Positions 12,427 through 24,565 of a stretch of DNA of 64,000 nt are shown here, piece after piece. Origin of the DNA: Mobula hypostoma (lineage: Eukaryota). The stretch spans positions 30,444,001-30,508,000 of the forward strand of contig NC_086108.1 of NCBI RefSeq assembly GCF_963921235.1. Reading direction: 5' to 3'. The notes beneath the pieces were generated by a model. That model was not told the origin of the DNA, searched no databases, and saw only the letters and a program-made list of their open reading frames with translations. Position numbers and translations under genes: made by a program. Numbering within the stretch: the stretch's first letter is position 1; the number at the start of each line of letters is the position of its first letter.

Positions 12427-13184
12427 TCAGTAGCCCCCGCTAATCTCCCTGCCAGGATATTGGTCCCCCTAGGATTTAAGTGTAACCCGTCCTTTTTGTA
12501 CAGGTCACACCTGCGCCAAAAGAGGTCCCAATGATCCAAAAACTTGAATCCCTGCCCCCTGCTCCAATCCCTCAGCCACGCATTTATCCTCCACCTCATC
12601 GCATTCCTACTCTCACTGTCGCGTGGCACAGGCAGTAATCCCGAGATTACTACCTTTGCGGTCCTTTTTCTCAACTCCCTTCCTAGCTCCCTATATTCTT
12701 CTTTCAGGACCTCATCCCTTTTCCTACCTATGTCATTGGTACCTATATGTACCAGGACCTCTGGCTCTTCACCCTCCCACTTCAGGATATCTTGGACACG
12801 ATCAGAAATATCCCAGACCCTGGCACCAGGGAGGCAAACTACCATCCGAGTCTCTGGACTGCGTCCACAGAATCGCCTATCTGACCCCCTTACTATCGAG
12901 TCCCCTATCACAACTGCCCTCCTCTTCCTTGCCCTACCCTTCTGAGCTACAGGGCCAGACTCTGTGCCGGAGGCAGGGCCACTGTCGCTTCCCCCGGGTA
13001 AGCTGTCCCCCCCAACAGTACTCAAACAGGAGTACCTGTTGTTAAGGGGCACAGCCGCCGGGGTACTCCCCATCACCTGCCTTTTCCCCTTCCCCCTCCT
13101 AACCGTGACCCACTTGTCTGCCTCCCGTGGCCCCGGTGTGACCACCTGCCTTCCACTCCTCTCTATCACCTCCTCGCTCTCCCT
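12411..13184 (-). CDS. CR1 ORF1 C-terminal part with SGNH/GDSL esterase-like domain (5'-truncated)
   Basis: GDSIVRG, CLPGA, HIGTND and DGLH blocks; ends TLN-stop. Confidence 0.88.
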   Translation of the reverse strand, partial: RESEEVIERSGRQVVTPGPREADKWVTVRRGKGKRQVMGSTPAAVPLNNRYSCLSTVGGDSLPGGSDSGPASGTESGPVAQKGRARKRRAVVIGDSIVRGSDRRFCGRSPETRMVVCLPGARVWDISDRVQDILKWEGEEPEVLVHIGTNDIGRKRDEVLKEEYRELGRELRKRTAKVVISGLLPVPRDSESRNAMRWRINAWLRDWSRGQGFKFLDHWDLFWRRCDLYKKDGLHLNPRGTNILAGRLAGATEVTLN

Positions 13185-13299
13185 GTAGTAGTAGTAGTAG
13201 TGGTAGTGGTAATAATTTAGGTCTGGGATTCTCGAAGCCTGTGTTGTGGGTCACACAAGATAAAAAAAAATGCACTCTTGAAACAAAATAAGTCCAAAA

Positions 13300-15066
13300 C
13301 CAACCATTTAATTACGACTCTAGCTATCACAACTGTCTGTTTCTGCCCTGGTTCTTGATAGAGTTCATTGAAGAAAACGATGACTCACATATGTACGTGG
13401 AGGGGAACAATGTGAGTAGGAGCATTCCAATAGCTCTCGTGTTTTTGAATTGAGCTTGGGGTGCCACGTTGATCCAAATGTCATTACCCCAACGTCCTTG
13501 TGTTGTGCTTTGAGCAAATCAGATGTTCCCATTTCCAAGACCTCCATCTGAAGAGTTGTCTCATTGATGGAAGGCACCAGCCTTTTGGCCTCGGCAGTCC
13601 ACTGGCTGTCAGCCGAAACGGAGAATGGCTGTCTCAGGAAGAGGAGGATGTCACCTGAGAGTTTAGGGGAGCTTTCAAATCGTTCCCTGAAGTTTTCTGC
13701 CAGGCTCGTCACGAAATCCTTCATCACTGGATCCTGCCACATTTCATTCTTCTTGCAATGCTCCCACAGATGTGGAAAGTGCAAATTTCTCCTGTGAATG
13801 TCTCTCTAAAAGGTTCAGCTTGACTGGAAAGCTTTAGTCGCCTCGTACATGTCCGCAACAGTGTGGTTGTTGCCTTGTAATTGCAGATTAAGTTGATTTA
13901 GATGAGACATGATGTCACACAAAAAAAGAACAGGTGCCATCACCTTGTTTTCACTTAAATCCTTGGGTTTTTTGGCTCTGCAGGCTGGATAAAAATGACA
14001 CAAGCTCATCGTGCATGTCGCACACCCTCTCCAACACATAGCCTTTGCTCAGCCAGTGAACATCATTATGCAGCAAAAGATCTTTGTGTTCCGCTGACAT
14101 TTCCTCCAGCAATGCTCTGAAAAGGTGATGTTGCAGACTAGAACTCTCACGAGCGAAATTTACCAGTCTCGTCACAGTATCCATCGCCTCTTTCATTTCC
14201 CACACAGTTTAGCTCACAACACTGATTTGTGAATAATGCAATGAAATGCCAAGAGTGCTGGGTTAAAAGCAGCAAACCTGCTTACCAAGCCCTTGTGTTG
14301 TCCCACCATCGACCGAGCCCCAATTTTGCTCATATCCAAGCCATTCTTCTCAAAGAACTGTGTCAATTTGTTAAAAATTATTTCCCAGTTGTGCGGCCAG
14401 GCAGAGGAAGCAAACAAAGTAGGTCTTCCCATCAAAAAATCTTGCTAACACAGATAGCTCTTCCAGTTTGATCACAGGACGAGTCTATGGCTAAAGATAT
14501 GGCTTCTGCTTTCTCCAAATCGTGGAGTAGATTGGGAAAAACACTCCTTTGCTAAAACTTCTACTCTTCTTGTTGCCGTGTTAGCCGACAATGGCGCCAT
14601 TTTTAATAGCTCCACAACTGTTTTCTTGGTTTTCTCATCATGATTTAAAACTTCGCCAACCATATCAAATGCACATGTTTTAACAAACTCAGCATCAGCT
14701 AATGGATTCTTAGCTTTGGCAAGATTCCCTGACACATGTAATGATGCAGCTTTTATGCTCTCTTGTGCAGATGTTGACTTACAGATAGTAGAAACAGGGT
14801 GCTTTGATAATGTTATCGTATTTGCAATTTTTTGTTTGTGTTGATCTCATTTTGCAGGGTAGTTGGCATTAAAACTGGCAGCATGCATAGTGTTGAAGTG
14901 CTGCTTTAGATTTTCTGATTTGCAGACAGCTACGGACTGCATGCTAATTAAGTATGTCGCTTTAGCATCGGCATAGTCCAGTAATATAAAACAAAACTGA
15001 TCAGTCCAATCAGATTTGAACTGACGGTTTTCCTGGTTGACTTTGCGCTTTTTCGCTCAGGCCATG
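13300..15066 (-). pseudogene. hAT transposase pseudogene (BED finger, DDE, C-terminal dimerisation domain; GTF2IRD2/ZBED-like)
   Basis: KKRKV..QFKSDWTDQFCF, PLSANTATRR, FHCIIH, LLLHNDVHWLSKGYVLER, LNQLNLQLQG, MFPSTYICESSFS; split by frameshifts and stops. Confidence 0.9.
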
Positions 15067-16447
15067 TTGTTCTTTGTTTAGGGTCTGTGACTTACTGCTG
15101 GTAACGATTTGCTTAGATAACAGATTCACTCTTAGATGACGGACTCACTTCTTAGATGACAGGCGGGTAGCTGGTGCGTGCCGCGGTCTAGTCGAGAACT
15201 GTAGAGAGCGTGCAGTAGGTCGCGTGCTCTATAGGAATACAAAGACCATATGACATAAGAGCAGAATTAGGCCCTTCAGCCCATCGAGTCTGCTTCGGCA
15301 TTTCATCATGACTGATCCATTTCTTTCTCAACCCCATTCTCCTGCCTTCTCTCTATGACTTTTCACATCCTGACTAATAAAGAACCTCTGCCTTAAATGC
15401 ATCCAGTGCCATGGCCTCCATAGCCATCTGTGGCAACAAATCCCACACATTTACCATCCTCTGGCTAAGGAAATTCCTCCTCATCTCTGTTCTAAATGGA
15501 CATCCCCCTATTTTGAGGCTGCACCCTCTAATCCTAGACTCCTCCACCAAAGGAAACATCCTCTTCACATCCATTCTATCTAGGCCTTTCAACATTCCAT
15601 GGTCTTGAATGAGATTTCCCACTTCATTTTGCTAAATTCCAGTAAGTACAGGCATGGAACTCTCAAATGCTCCATATTTGATAAGCCTTTCATTCCTGGA
15701 ACCATTCTCATGAACTTCCTCTGAACCCTCTCCAATGTCAATGCATCCTTTCTTGAATAAGGGACCCAATGCAACTCACAATACTCCAAGTGTGGCCTCA
15801 CCAGTGTGTTATACAACCTTAGCATTATATCCTTGCTTTTATATTCTAGTCCTCTTGAAATGAAAGCTAGTATTGCATTCTCCTTCCTCACCACTGATTC
15901 AACCTGCAAATGAACCTTTAGGACTCCCAAAGCCCTTTGCACCTCGGACTTTTGAATTTCTTCCCAACTAGAAAATAGTCTACGCTGTTGTTTCTTCTAC
16001 TAAGGTAAAGGACCATATACTTTCTAACACTGTATTTCATATTCCACTCTTTTCCCTGTCTCTTAATCTAAGCACTTCTGCAGCCTCTCTGCTTCCTCAA
16101 CATTACCTGCCTCTCCATCTATCTTCCTATCATCTGCAAACTTGGTCACAAAGCTATCAATTTTGTCAACCATATTCTGGACACACAGACCCCTGTAGAA
16201 CATCACTAGTCACCAGCAGTCAATCTGAAAAAGATCCCTTTATTCCCACACTTTGCCTCCTGCCAATCAGCAAATGCTACTATCTTTCCTGTAATGTCAC
16301 GGGCTCTTAACTTGTTAAACAACATCACTTGCAGCACGTTGTCAAAGGTCTTCTGAAAATCCAAGTACTCATCATCCACCAATTTTCTTTTGTCTATCCT
16401 GCTTGCTATTTCTTCAAAGAATTCCAGCAGATTTGACAGGCAAGATT

Positions 16448-19400
16448 GAGAGAGTACAGGGAAGATTTACTAGAATGTTACCTGAGTTTCATCTCCAAAG
16501 TTACAGAGAAAGGTTGAACAAGTTGGGTGTTTATTCTTTGGAGCGGAGAAGGTTGTGCGGGGACTTGATAGTGGTATTTAAAATTATGAGAGGGATAGAT
16601 AGAGTTGACGTGGATAGGCTTTTTCCATTAAGAGTGGGGGAGATTCAAACAAGAGGACATGAGTTGAGAGTTAAAGGGCAAAAGTTTAGAACATAGAACA
16701 TAGATAGAACATAGAACAATACAGCACAGTACAGGCCGTTCGGCCCACAATGTTGTGCCGACCCTCAAACCCTGCCTCCCATATAAGCCCTCATCTTAAA
16801 TTCCTCCATATACCTGTCTAGTAGTCTCTTAAACTTCACGAGTGTATCTGCCTCCACCACTGACTCAGTCAGTTCATTCCACGCACCAACCACTCTCTCA
16901 GTAAAAAACCTTCCTCTAATATCCCCCTTGAACTTTCCACCCCTTACCTTAAAGCCATGTCCTCTTGTATTGAGCAGTGGTGCCCTGGGGAAGAGGTGCT
17001 GGCTATCCACTCTATCTATTCCTCTTATTATCTTGTACACCTCTATCATGTCTCCCCTCATCCTCCTTCTCTCCAAAGAGTAAATCCCAAGCTCCCTTAA
17101 TCTCTGATCATAATGCATACTTTCTAAACCAGGCAGCATCCTGGTAAATCTCCTCTGTACCCTTTCCAATGCTTCCACATCCTTCCTATAGTGAGGTGAC
17201 CAGAACTGGACACAGTACTCCAAGTGTGGCCTAACCAGAGTTTTATAGAGCTGCATCATTATATCACGACTCTTAAACTCTATCCCTCGACTTATGAAAG
17301 CTAACACACCATAAGCTTTCTTAACTGCCCTATCCACCTGTGAGGCAACTTTCAGGGATCTGTGGACATGTACCCCGAGATCCCTCTGCTCCTCCACACT
17401 ACCAAGTATCCTGTCATTTACTTTGTACTCTGCCTTGGAGTTTGTCCTTCCAAAGTGTACCACCTCACACTTCTCCGGGTTGAACTCCATCTGCCACTTC
17501 TCAGCCCACTTCTGCATCCTATCGATGTCTCTCTGCAATCTTTGACAATCCTCTACACTATCTACAACACCACCAACCTTTGTGTCATCTGCAAACTTGC
17601 CAAACCCCTCTTCTACCCCCATATCCAGGTCATTAATAAAAATCACAAAAAGTAGAGGTCCCAGAACAGATCCTTGTGGGACACCACTAGTCACAATCCT
17701 CCAATCTGAATGTACTCCCTCCACTACCACCCTCTGCCTTCTGCAGGCAAGCCAATTCTGAATCCACCTGGTCAAACTTCCCTGGATCCCATGCCTTCTA
17801 ACTTTCTGAATAAGCCTACCGTGTGGAACCTCGTCAAATGCCTTGCTAGAATCCATATAGATCACATCCACTGCACTACCCTCATCTATATGCTTGGTCA
17901 CCTCCTCAAAGAACTCTATCAGGCTTGTTAGACATGATCTGCCCTTCACAAAGCCATGCTGACTGTCCCTGATCAGACCATGATTCTCTAAGTGTCTATA
18001 GATCCTATTCCCAAGAATCTTTTCCAACAGCTTTCCCACCACAGACGTAAGGTTCACTGGTCTATAATTACCCAGACTATCCCTACTACCTTTTTTGAAT
18101 GAGGGGACAACATTCGCCTCCCTCCAATCCTCCGGTACCATTCCCGTGGACAACAAGGACATAAGGATCCTAGCCAGAGGCTCAGCAATCTCTTCTCCCG
18201 CCTCATGGAGCAGCCTGGGGAATATTCTGTCAGGTCCCGGGGACTTATCTGTCTTAATGTATTTTAACAACTCCAACACTTCCTCTCCCTTAATATCAAC
18301 ATGCTCCAAAACATCAACCTCACTCATATTGTCCTCATCATCATCAAGTTCCCTCTCATTGGTGAATACCGAAGAGAAGTATTCATTGAGGACCTCGCTC
18401 ACTTCCACAGCCTCCAGGCACATCTTCCCACCTTTATCTCTAATCGGTCCTACTTTCACTCCTGTCATCCTTTTTTTCCTCACATAATTGAAGAATGCCT
18501 TGGGGTTTTCCTTTACCCTACTCGCCAAGGCCTTCTCATGCCCCCTTCTTGCTCTTCTCAGCCCCTTCTTAAGCTCTTTTCTTGCTTCCCTATATTCCTC
18601 AATAGACCCATCTGATCCTTGCTTCCAAAACCTCATGTCTGCTGCCTTCTTCCATCTGATTAGATTTTCCACCTCACTTGTCACCCATGGTTCCTTCACC
18701 CTACCATTCTTTATCTTCCTCACCGGGACAAATTTATCCCTTACATCCCGCAAGAGATCGCTAAACATCGACCACATGTCCATAGTACATTTCCCTGCAA
18801 AAACATCATCCCAATTCACACCCACAAGTTCTAGCCTTATAGCCTCATAATTTGCCTTTCCCCAATTAAAAATTTTCCTGTCCTCTCTGATTCTATCCTT
18901 TTCCATGATAATGCTAAAGGCCAGGGAGCGGTGGTCACTGTCCCCCAGATGCTCACCCACTGAGAGATCTGTGACCTGACCCAGTTCATTACCTAGTACT
19001 AGATCTAGTATGGCATTCCCCCTGGTCGGCCTGTCCACATACTGTGACAGGAATCCATCCTGGACACACTTAACAAACTCTGCCCCATCTAAACCCTTGG
19101 AACTAATCAGGTGCCAATCAATATTAGGGAAGTTAAAGTCACCCATGATAACAACCCTGTTAGTTTTGCACCTTTCCAAAATCTGCCTCCCAATCTGCTC
19201 CTCTGTATCTCTGCTGCTACCTGGGGGCCTATAGAATATCCCCAGTAGAGTAACTGCTCCCTTCCTGTTCCTGACATCCACCCATATTGACTCAAAAGAG
19301 GATCCTGCTACATTACCCACCCTTTCTGTAGCTGTAATAGTATCCCTGACCAGTAATGCCACCCCTCCTCCCCTTTTTCCGCCCTCTCTATTTAGGGGTA

Positions 19401-19650
19401 ACATGAGGGGGAACTTCTTTACTCAGAGAGTGGTATCTGTGTGGAACGAGCTTCCAGCAGAAGTGGTAGAGGCAGGTTCGATATTGTCATTTAAAGTTAA
19501 ATTGGATAGCTATATGGACAGGAAAGGAATGGATGGTTATGGGCTGAGTGCAGGTCGGTGGGACTAGGTGAGAGTAAGAGTTCGGCATGGACTAGAAGGG
19601 CCAAGGTGGCCTGTTTCTGTGCTGTAATTGTTATATAGTTCTATGGTTGT
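16448..19650 (+). mobile_element. CR1 3' fragment nested in the old CR1 and itself split
   Basis: ERVQGRFTRMLP..GQKFR then GNMRGNFFTQRVV; TSD AAGATT at 16442-16447 and 19651-19656. Confidence 0.8.
16690..19390 (-). mobile_element. Young 5'-truncated CR1 of a second subfamily; open EN-RT frame from 16765 to about 19390
   Basis: 879-aa ORF with GDFNFP, SDH, GVPQGSVLGP, KFADD; (TTCTATG)n tail; TSD TTTAG at 16685-16689 and 19391-19395. Confidence 0.92.
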
Positions 19651-20806
19651 AAGATTTTCCCTTAAGGAAACCATGCTGCCTTTGACCTATTTTGTCATGT
19701 GTCTCCAAGACCACATCATTAACAATTGACTCCAACATCTTCTCTACTACTGAGGTCAGGCTAACTGGATTATAATTTCTTTTCTTCCACCTCTCTCACT
19801 TTTTCAAGAGAAGAGTGACATTTGCAATATCCCAGTCCTCCAGAATCATTTAAGAACCTAGTGATTCTTGAAAGATCATCACTAATGCCTCCACAATCTC
19901 TTCAGCTACTTCATTTAGAAACCTGGGGTAGATAACTCAGGTCCAGGTGACTGATCTACCTTCAGACCTTTCAGTTTCCCAAGGACCTCCTCTCTGTAAT
20001 AGCAACTAAACTTACTTCTGTCCCTTGGCACTCTTCAGCTTCCAGCATATTACTTGTGTTTTCCACAGTGAACACTGGTGCAAAATCAGCCTTTGTCTGC
20101 CTTTTCCTTGCTTCCATCACGATCTCTCCAGCATCATTTTCCAGCAGCCCAATATCTATTCCCACCTCTGTTTTACTCTTTGTATCTGAAAAAAATCTTC
20201 TGGCATAATTTTGATATTATTGGCTAGCTTACCTTCATATTTCATCTTTTCCCCTCTTATGGATTTTTTAGTTGCTTTCTGTTGGTTTTTAAAAAATTCC
20301 CAATCGTCTAACTTCCCACTAATTTTTCCTTTATTTTATGCCCTCTCTTTTGCCTTTATGTTGATTTTGACTTCTCTTGTTAGCCATGGTTGTGCCATCC
20401 TGCCTTTGGAATAATTCCTGTTCTTTGGGATGTATCTATCCTGTGCCACCATCCCTTCTAGTGTCACCTTCCAATCAACTTTGGCCAACTCCTTTCTCAT
20501 GCCTCTGAAACCCCTTTGTTTCCTTGGCTGTATATGTCTAGAGAAGACAACCTCTGGCTCTGCCAAACACATAAGGCTGAGGTGCTCTCCCACCCCAAAC
20601 CCTTGTTTGTGTGGATGCTGTGTAATTTGCTTTGCCTTGCCTTGCGCCCTAAACTCCTGGTGGAGTTGTCGGGGCGCCATCATGACAAGCTTTGTACCAG
20701 TCTGTTCCGTCCATTGTGGTTCTTTGCCAGAGCCTGAGGCGCCGCAAATGTTTTCCCTGTCCATTCTTTAATGTTGTCCGTCCATCTTTTCCTTTGTCTA
20801 CCTCTC

Positions 20807-21090
20807 TGTCATGGTCCGGATCGGGGTCCCTTTAAATTTACTTTGTTTATGTTACGATCCAGACCGTTGACTCCCTGTTTCTCTTTGGTTCCCTGTTTTC
20901 CCGTGTCCCTTGGGATTGGTGATTGGAGGCAATTTACTCTCGGCTGAACTGACAGTTTATAGTCTCCGGCTTTTAGCCGTTTGGCACGAAAGCGTTTGCA
21001 TAGTCACCAATGGTACTGTGAGCCAATGTCATCTGGCCGGAGCAAACCTAGTCTCCTCCCGAAGCAAGTGCCAGCAAGCCGCCTTCCCTT
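20807..21090 (+). mobile_element. Truncated LTR fragment
   Basis: Starts TGTCATGGTCCGG, identical to the terminus of the solo LTR at 28680-29802. Confidence 0.55.
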
Positions 21091-21094
21091 GTCA

Positions 21095-24000
21095 GTATGG
21101 GTCATAATCTCCGACCGCTTCAAATGAGCATCCACAGCAATCAGAGACATGGAGGCCATGAATGGCCAAGCAAAGTCAATATATACTCTTTGCCATGGTG
21201 ATGACACTACTCCCATGGGTGTAATGGTGCCTGTGGGAGTTTCCTTCATGTAGATTCTCTGACACTCTGGTGCACAGTTTAGAGGGAACCTCAACACAAG
21301 ATCCACACATCAGCGTCCTTTGACGTATCAACAGTCGGTCGCGTTTCACTGAGAACACTGGAAACATAGGGTTACCATGAGCTGGCCATTCTTGAATGGT
21401 GATTTCATAGACTTCTGACAATTCCTTGCTTCCCTTTGTATTTCAGCATTTGTTACCAGCAACTGGTCCACCAATGCTGTGTGGATCACTTTTGCTAAGG
21501 CACAGTATGAAGACTTTTCTTCTACAGTTACCAACAGTGGAAGACGTGACAAGCCTTGCTGTGTCGTTTGGTACCCTTGAACTCTACATCATAAGAATGG
21601 GCTCCTAAGAACAATGCCTAACATTGTAAGGGTATTCACTGGAATATCCTTCCTTGGACTGAAAGTGGACACAATGGGCTGTCACTGGCATAGAGTTTTG
21701 TTCATAGAGGTAGTGGTGGAACTTTTTTATTCCCCATGCTAGACTAAGGGCCTCTCAGTCGAGCTGTGCATAGTTGCATTCTGTGCTTGTCTGTGATCTT
21801 GAAACAAATACAATCGGATGTTCAAATCCATCTTTCATAGTGTGTGACAGAACGGCTCCAATGCCAGAAGGGGACGCAGCACATGCCAGTCCGATGGGCA
21901 GTGATGGGTCATAATAGGAGAGCACTTCATCTGATGTTATTAGTCTCTTTATTTCTTTGAATGCTTTTTCCACATCTTTCTGACCGTTTTCACTTTGCTC
22001 CTGTCTGCAACAGTGTGTTCAATGATGATTCAACAACGCTGTAGCAATATTTGGAAGAAACCAGTGGTAGGAGTTTACAAGGCCCAAGTATGACCTGAGT
22101 TGTGATATATTTTCCGTTTGGGTTCCTGTAGTACTGCTTCAACTATCTCCTGTGGATCATGTAAGCCATGATTGTCAATGACATGTCCACAATATGAGAC
22201 TTCATTCTTGAAAAACTCACATTTCTCAGTTTTCTGCTCAGACCACACTCACTCTGCCTGGTAAGCACTTTACCAAGGTTCTGGAGGTGCTCTTCATCAT
22301 TCTTGCCAGTCACGATGATGTCATCAAGATAACATTATGTTCCTGGGGTATCTTGGAACACATTGTCCATTGCTCTTTGCCAACTTGCTGGAGATGATGT
22401 GATGCCAAACACAAGACAATTATACTGGATAAGTCCTTTGAGTGTTGATTGTGCGGAACTTCCTGCTTTACTCCTTAATCTTCATCTTCAGATAGGCTTG
22501 TGACATGTCATTCTTTGAAAACCTCTTCCCACCTGCCAAAGATGTGAAAATGTCTTCTATTCGTGGCAGGGGATAGGGTACAGTACACAGAAGCAAGTTG
22601 ATGCTCACTTTGAAATCCCTACATATGCAAATGTCTTTGGCCTTGCCTCTTTTGATCACTGGGACAATGGGCATGGTCCAATCACTCCACTCAAGCCTGG
22701 AGAGAGTTCCAGATGCCTCCAAGCTCTGAAGTTCAGCATCCACTTTAGACGTAGTGCATAAGGCACCGGACGTGTTTTATGGAGTCTCGGTTTTGCTGAT
22801 TCATTCAATTACATTCTGGCTTTCATGGCTTTGCGTTTACCATTCCCTTTCTCAAGCATCTTCTCATTAGCATTAAGCAGTTGTACCAGTTTTTAGTCCA
22901 TTGCCTGTTGATGCCACACTGAAAGCTTTGATCGAGTGTCAGTCTTGTTGTATTTTTCTCAACCATTCATGTCTGAAAAGAGCTGGCCTCCACCTTTCAA
23001 TACGCAAAGCTCTGACTGCTGTGCTTGTCCTCCATACATCACATTGACTTTCAACTTGCCTTTGGGAGACACTTCTTCCGCTGTCATGCGCATTGCTGAG
23101 GTTTTCTCTAATGGTAACTTTGAAAACAGTCGGTTGTAGTCAGCCTCTGAAATTATGGACAAAGCTGACCCTGCAGCCAGCTTCATTCTCAGTTTTATAC
23201 CAGGCATATCCATCATGATCCAGATGATTTTGTGAAATTCTTTAGTAATCCTATGCAGTTCTGGATATAACAGCTCACCTTTGTAAGACTCTGTGTTGTC
23301 TGATTCTGTTTCATGTGTAGTCACTTGCTTAGTTTTGTGTTTGAAACTTTTCGTTCGGTTGTGCTTTTTGTCTGCCTTGCACACTCCCTTTAAATGACCT
23401 TGTCTGAGACACTTGCTGCAAACTTTTCTTTGAACCAACAATCATGGGAGAATTTACCACATCAATAACGTTTTTGTTTATTTTTTTGCACAATTCAGGG
23501 ACATTTTGTGCATTTCGCAATCTAACCATTTTTCTGTAGTTCTGCTGCATCCTTTGCTGCAGTCTCTTAATGATATTGCAATGATCAATACCCATTCTAA
23601 GGTTAGGTTTCTTTCTGACAGTAGCTTCTTTTAAGAGCTTTGACTATCCAAACCAAATACAAGCCTGTCTCTTAATGCATCAGAAAGTCCATCTCTAAAG
23701 TCACTTCACTGGGAGAGTTTGTGCTGTTCTGCAAAGTAGTCAGAAATGCTTTCATGATTTGACTGGTTCCTTTTGTAAAATCTAAATCTCTCAACTATTG
23801 CCAGCAGTTTAGGGCTCAAGCGATTTTGTAAAATTGTAACAATTTTGTTGAATGTCTTGCTTGCTGGCTTTTCAGTGGTTATTAAGTTGCGTAAGGAATT
23901 GCACATCCTAAGGCCCATTCAGCCAAGAATCATGGGGGCTTTCTTTTGCTCCTCCCTATTGTTCGTGTTACCATACAGTTCCACCCTCTCGATATATGAT

Positions 24001-24498
24001 TCCTAGCCTTCATTAGCACTATCAAATTCATCAACTCTCCTGAATGAAGCCATCGCCGCATTATTTGCACTTTAAGTTTGCTAGATGTACATCTTTCACT
24101 GTGTACTATGCAGTGATACTTACGTGTCTCTTTGCTAGTGTCTACTCCACTACTCCGTACGGTTTAACTCTTTTCTCTCGCTGTTTTGTCCCATAACTCT
24201 CCTGATACAATTTAACTCCGGGCAAAACCCCTCATCTTGGCTGTACCCAGGTGAATTCATGCAGATTCTCTAATGCGCAGTTTGGCGTGAACCACAACAT
24301 GAGCATCCATGGCAATCAGAAACATGGAGAAGATGAATGGCCCAGCAAAATCAATATGTACTCTTTGCTGTGGTGAGAATGGTCACTCCCTTGTCATGCG
24401 CATGTTCCCTCTCTTGCTGCAGTGTGAATACACCAGCTAAAGCCATCTCCAATGTGCGTGCCTTTATTTAATTGATATGTAGTTGCACAGTCACAACA
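21095..24498 (-). mobile_element. Degenerate Ty3/Gypsy element (gag, protease, RT, RNase H, integrase start)
   Basis: gag ERFRFYKRNQ, zinc-knuckle [67 protein letters not shown]. Confidence 0.85.
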
Positions 24499-24565
24499 GT
24501 GTCAGGGTTCAGAGTTCCATTCCAACATCACCTGTAAGGAGTCCCAAAAAATCTCAATAAATAAA

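Larger units (their letters stand above)
9306..13184 (-). mobile_element. Young CR1 LINE, 5'-truncated inside ORF1, inserted in a (GTA)n microsatellite
   Basis: (TTTCTATG)n 3' tail, 3' stem-loop, intact ORF2; (GTA)n at both ends (9291-9305, 13185-13201). Confidence 0.95.
9132..15235 (-). mobile_element. hAT (Charlie-group) DNA transposon interrupted by a CR1; only one TIR seen
   Basis: TIR-like CAGGGTTCCCCAA at 9132 after ATCTACAC; transposase pseudogene at about 13300-15066. Confidence 0.7.
15242..20508 (-). mobile_element. Old degenerate CR1 LINE hosting two nested CR1 insertions
   Basis: LVRPHLEYC and FRTEMRRNFLSQR fragments; sequence resumes after 19656. Confidence 0.8.

Noticed and set aside
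9788..12945. Plus-strand ORFs overlapping the CR1
   Set aside because: Antisense shadow frames of the LINE coding sequence with no independent motifs
13300..15066. Domesticated GTF2IRD2/ZBED-like host gene
   Set aside because: Multiple frameshifts and stops plus a TIR indicate a dead transposon
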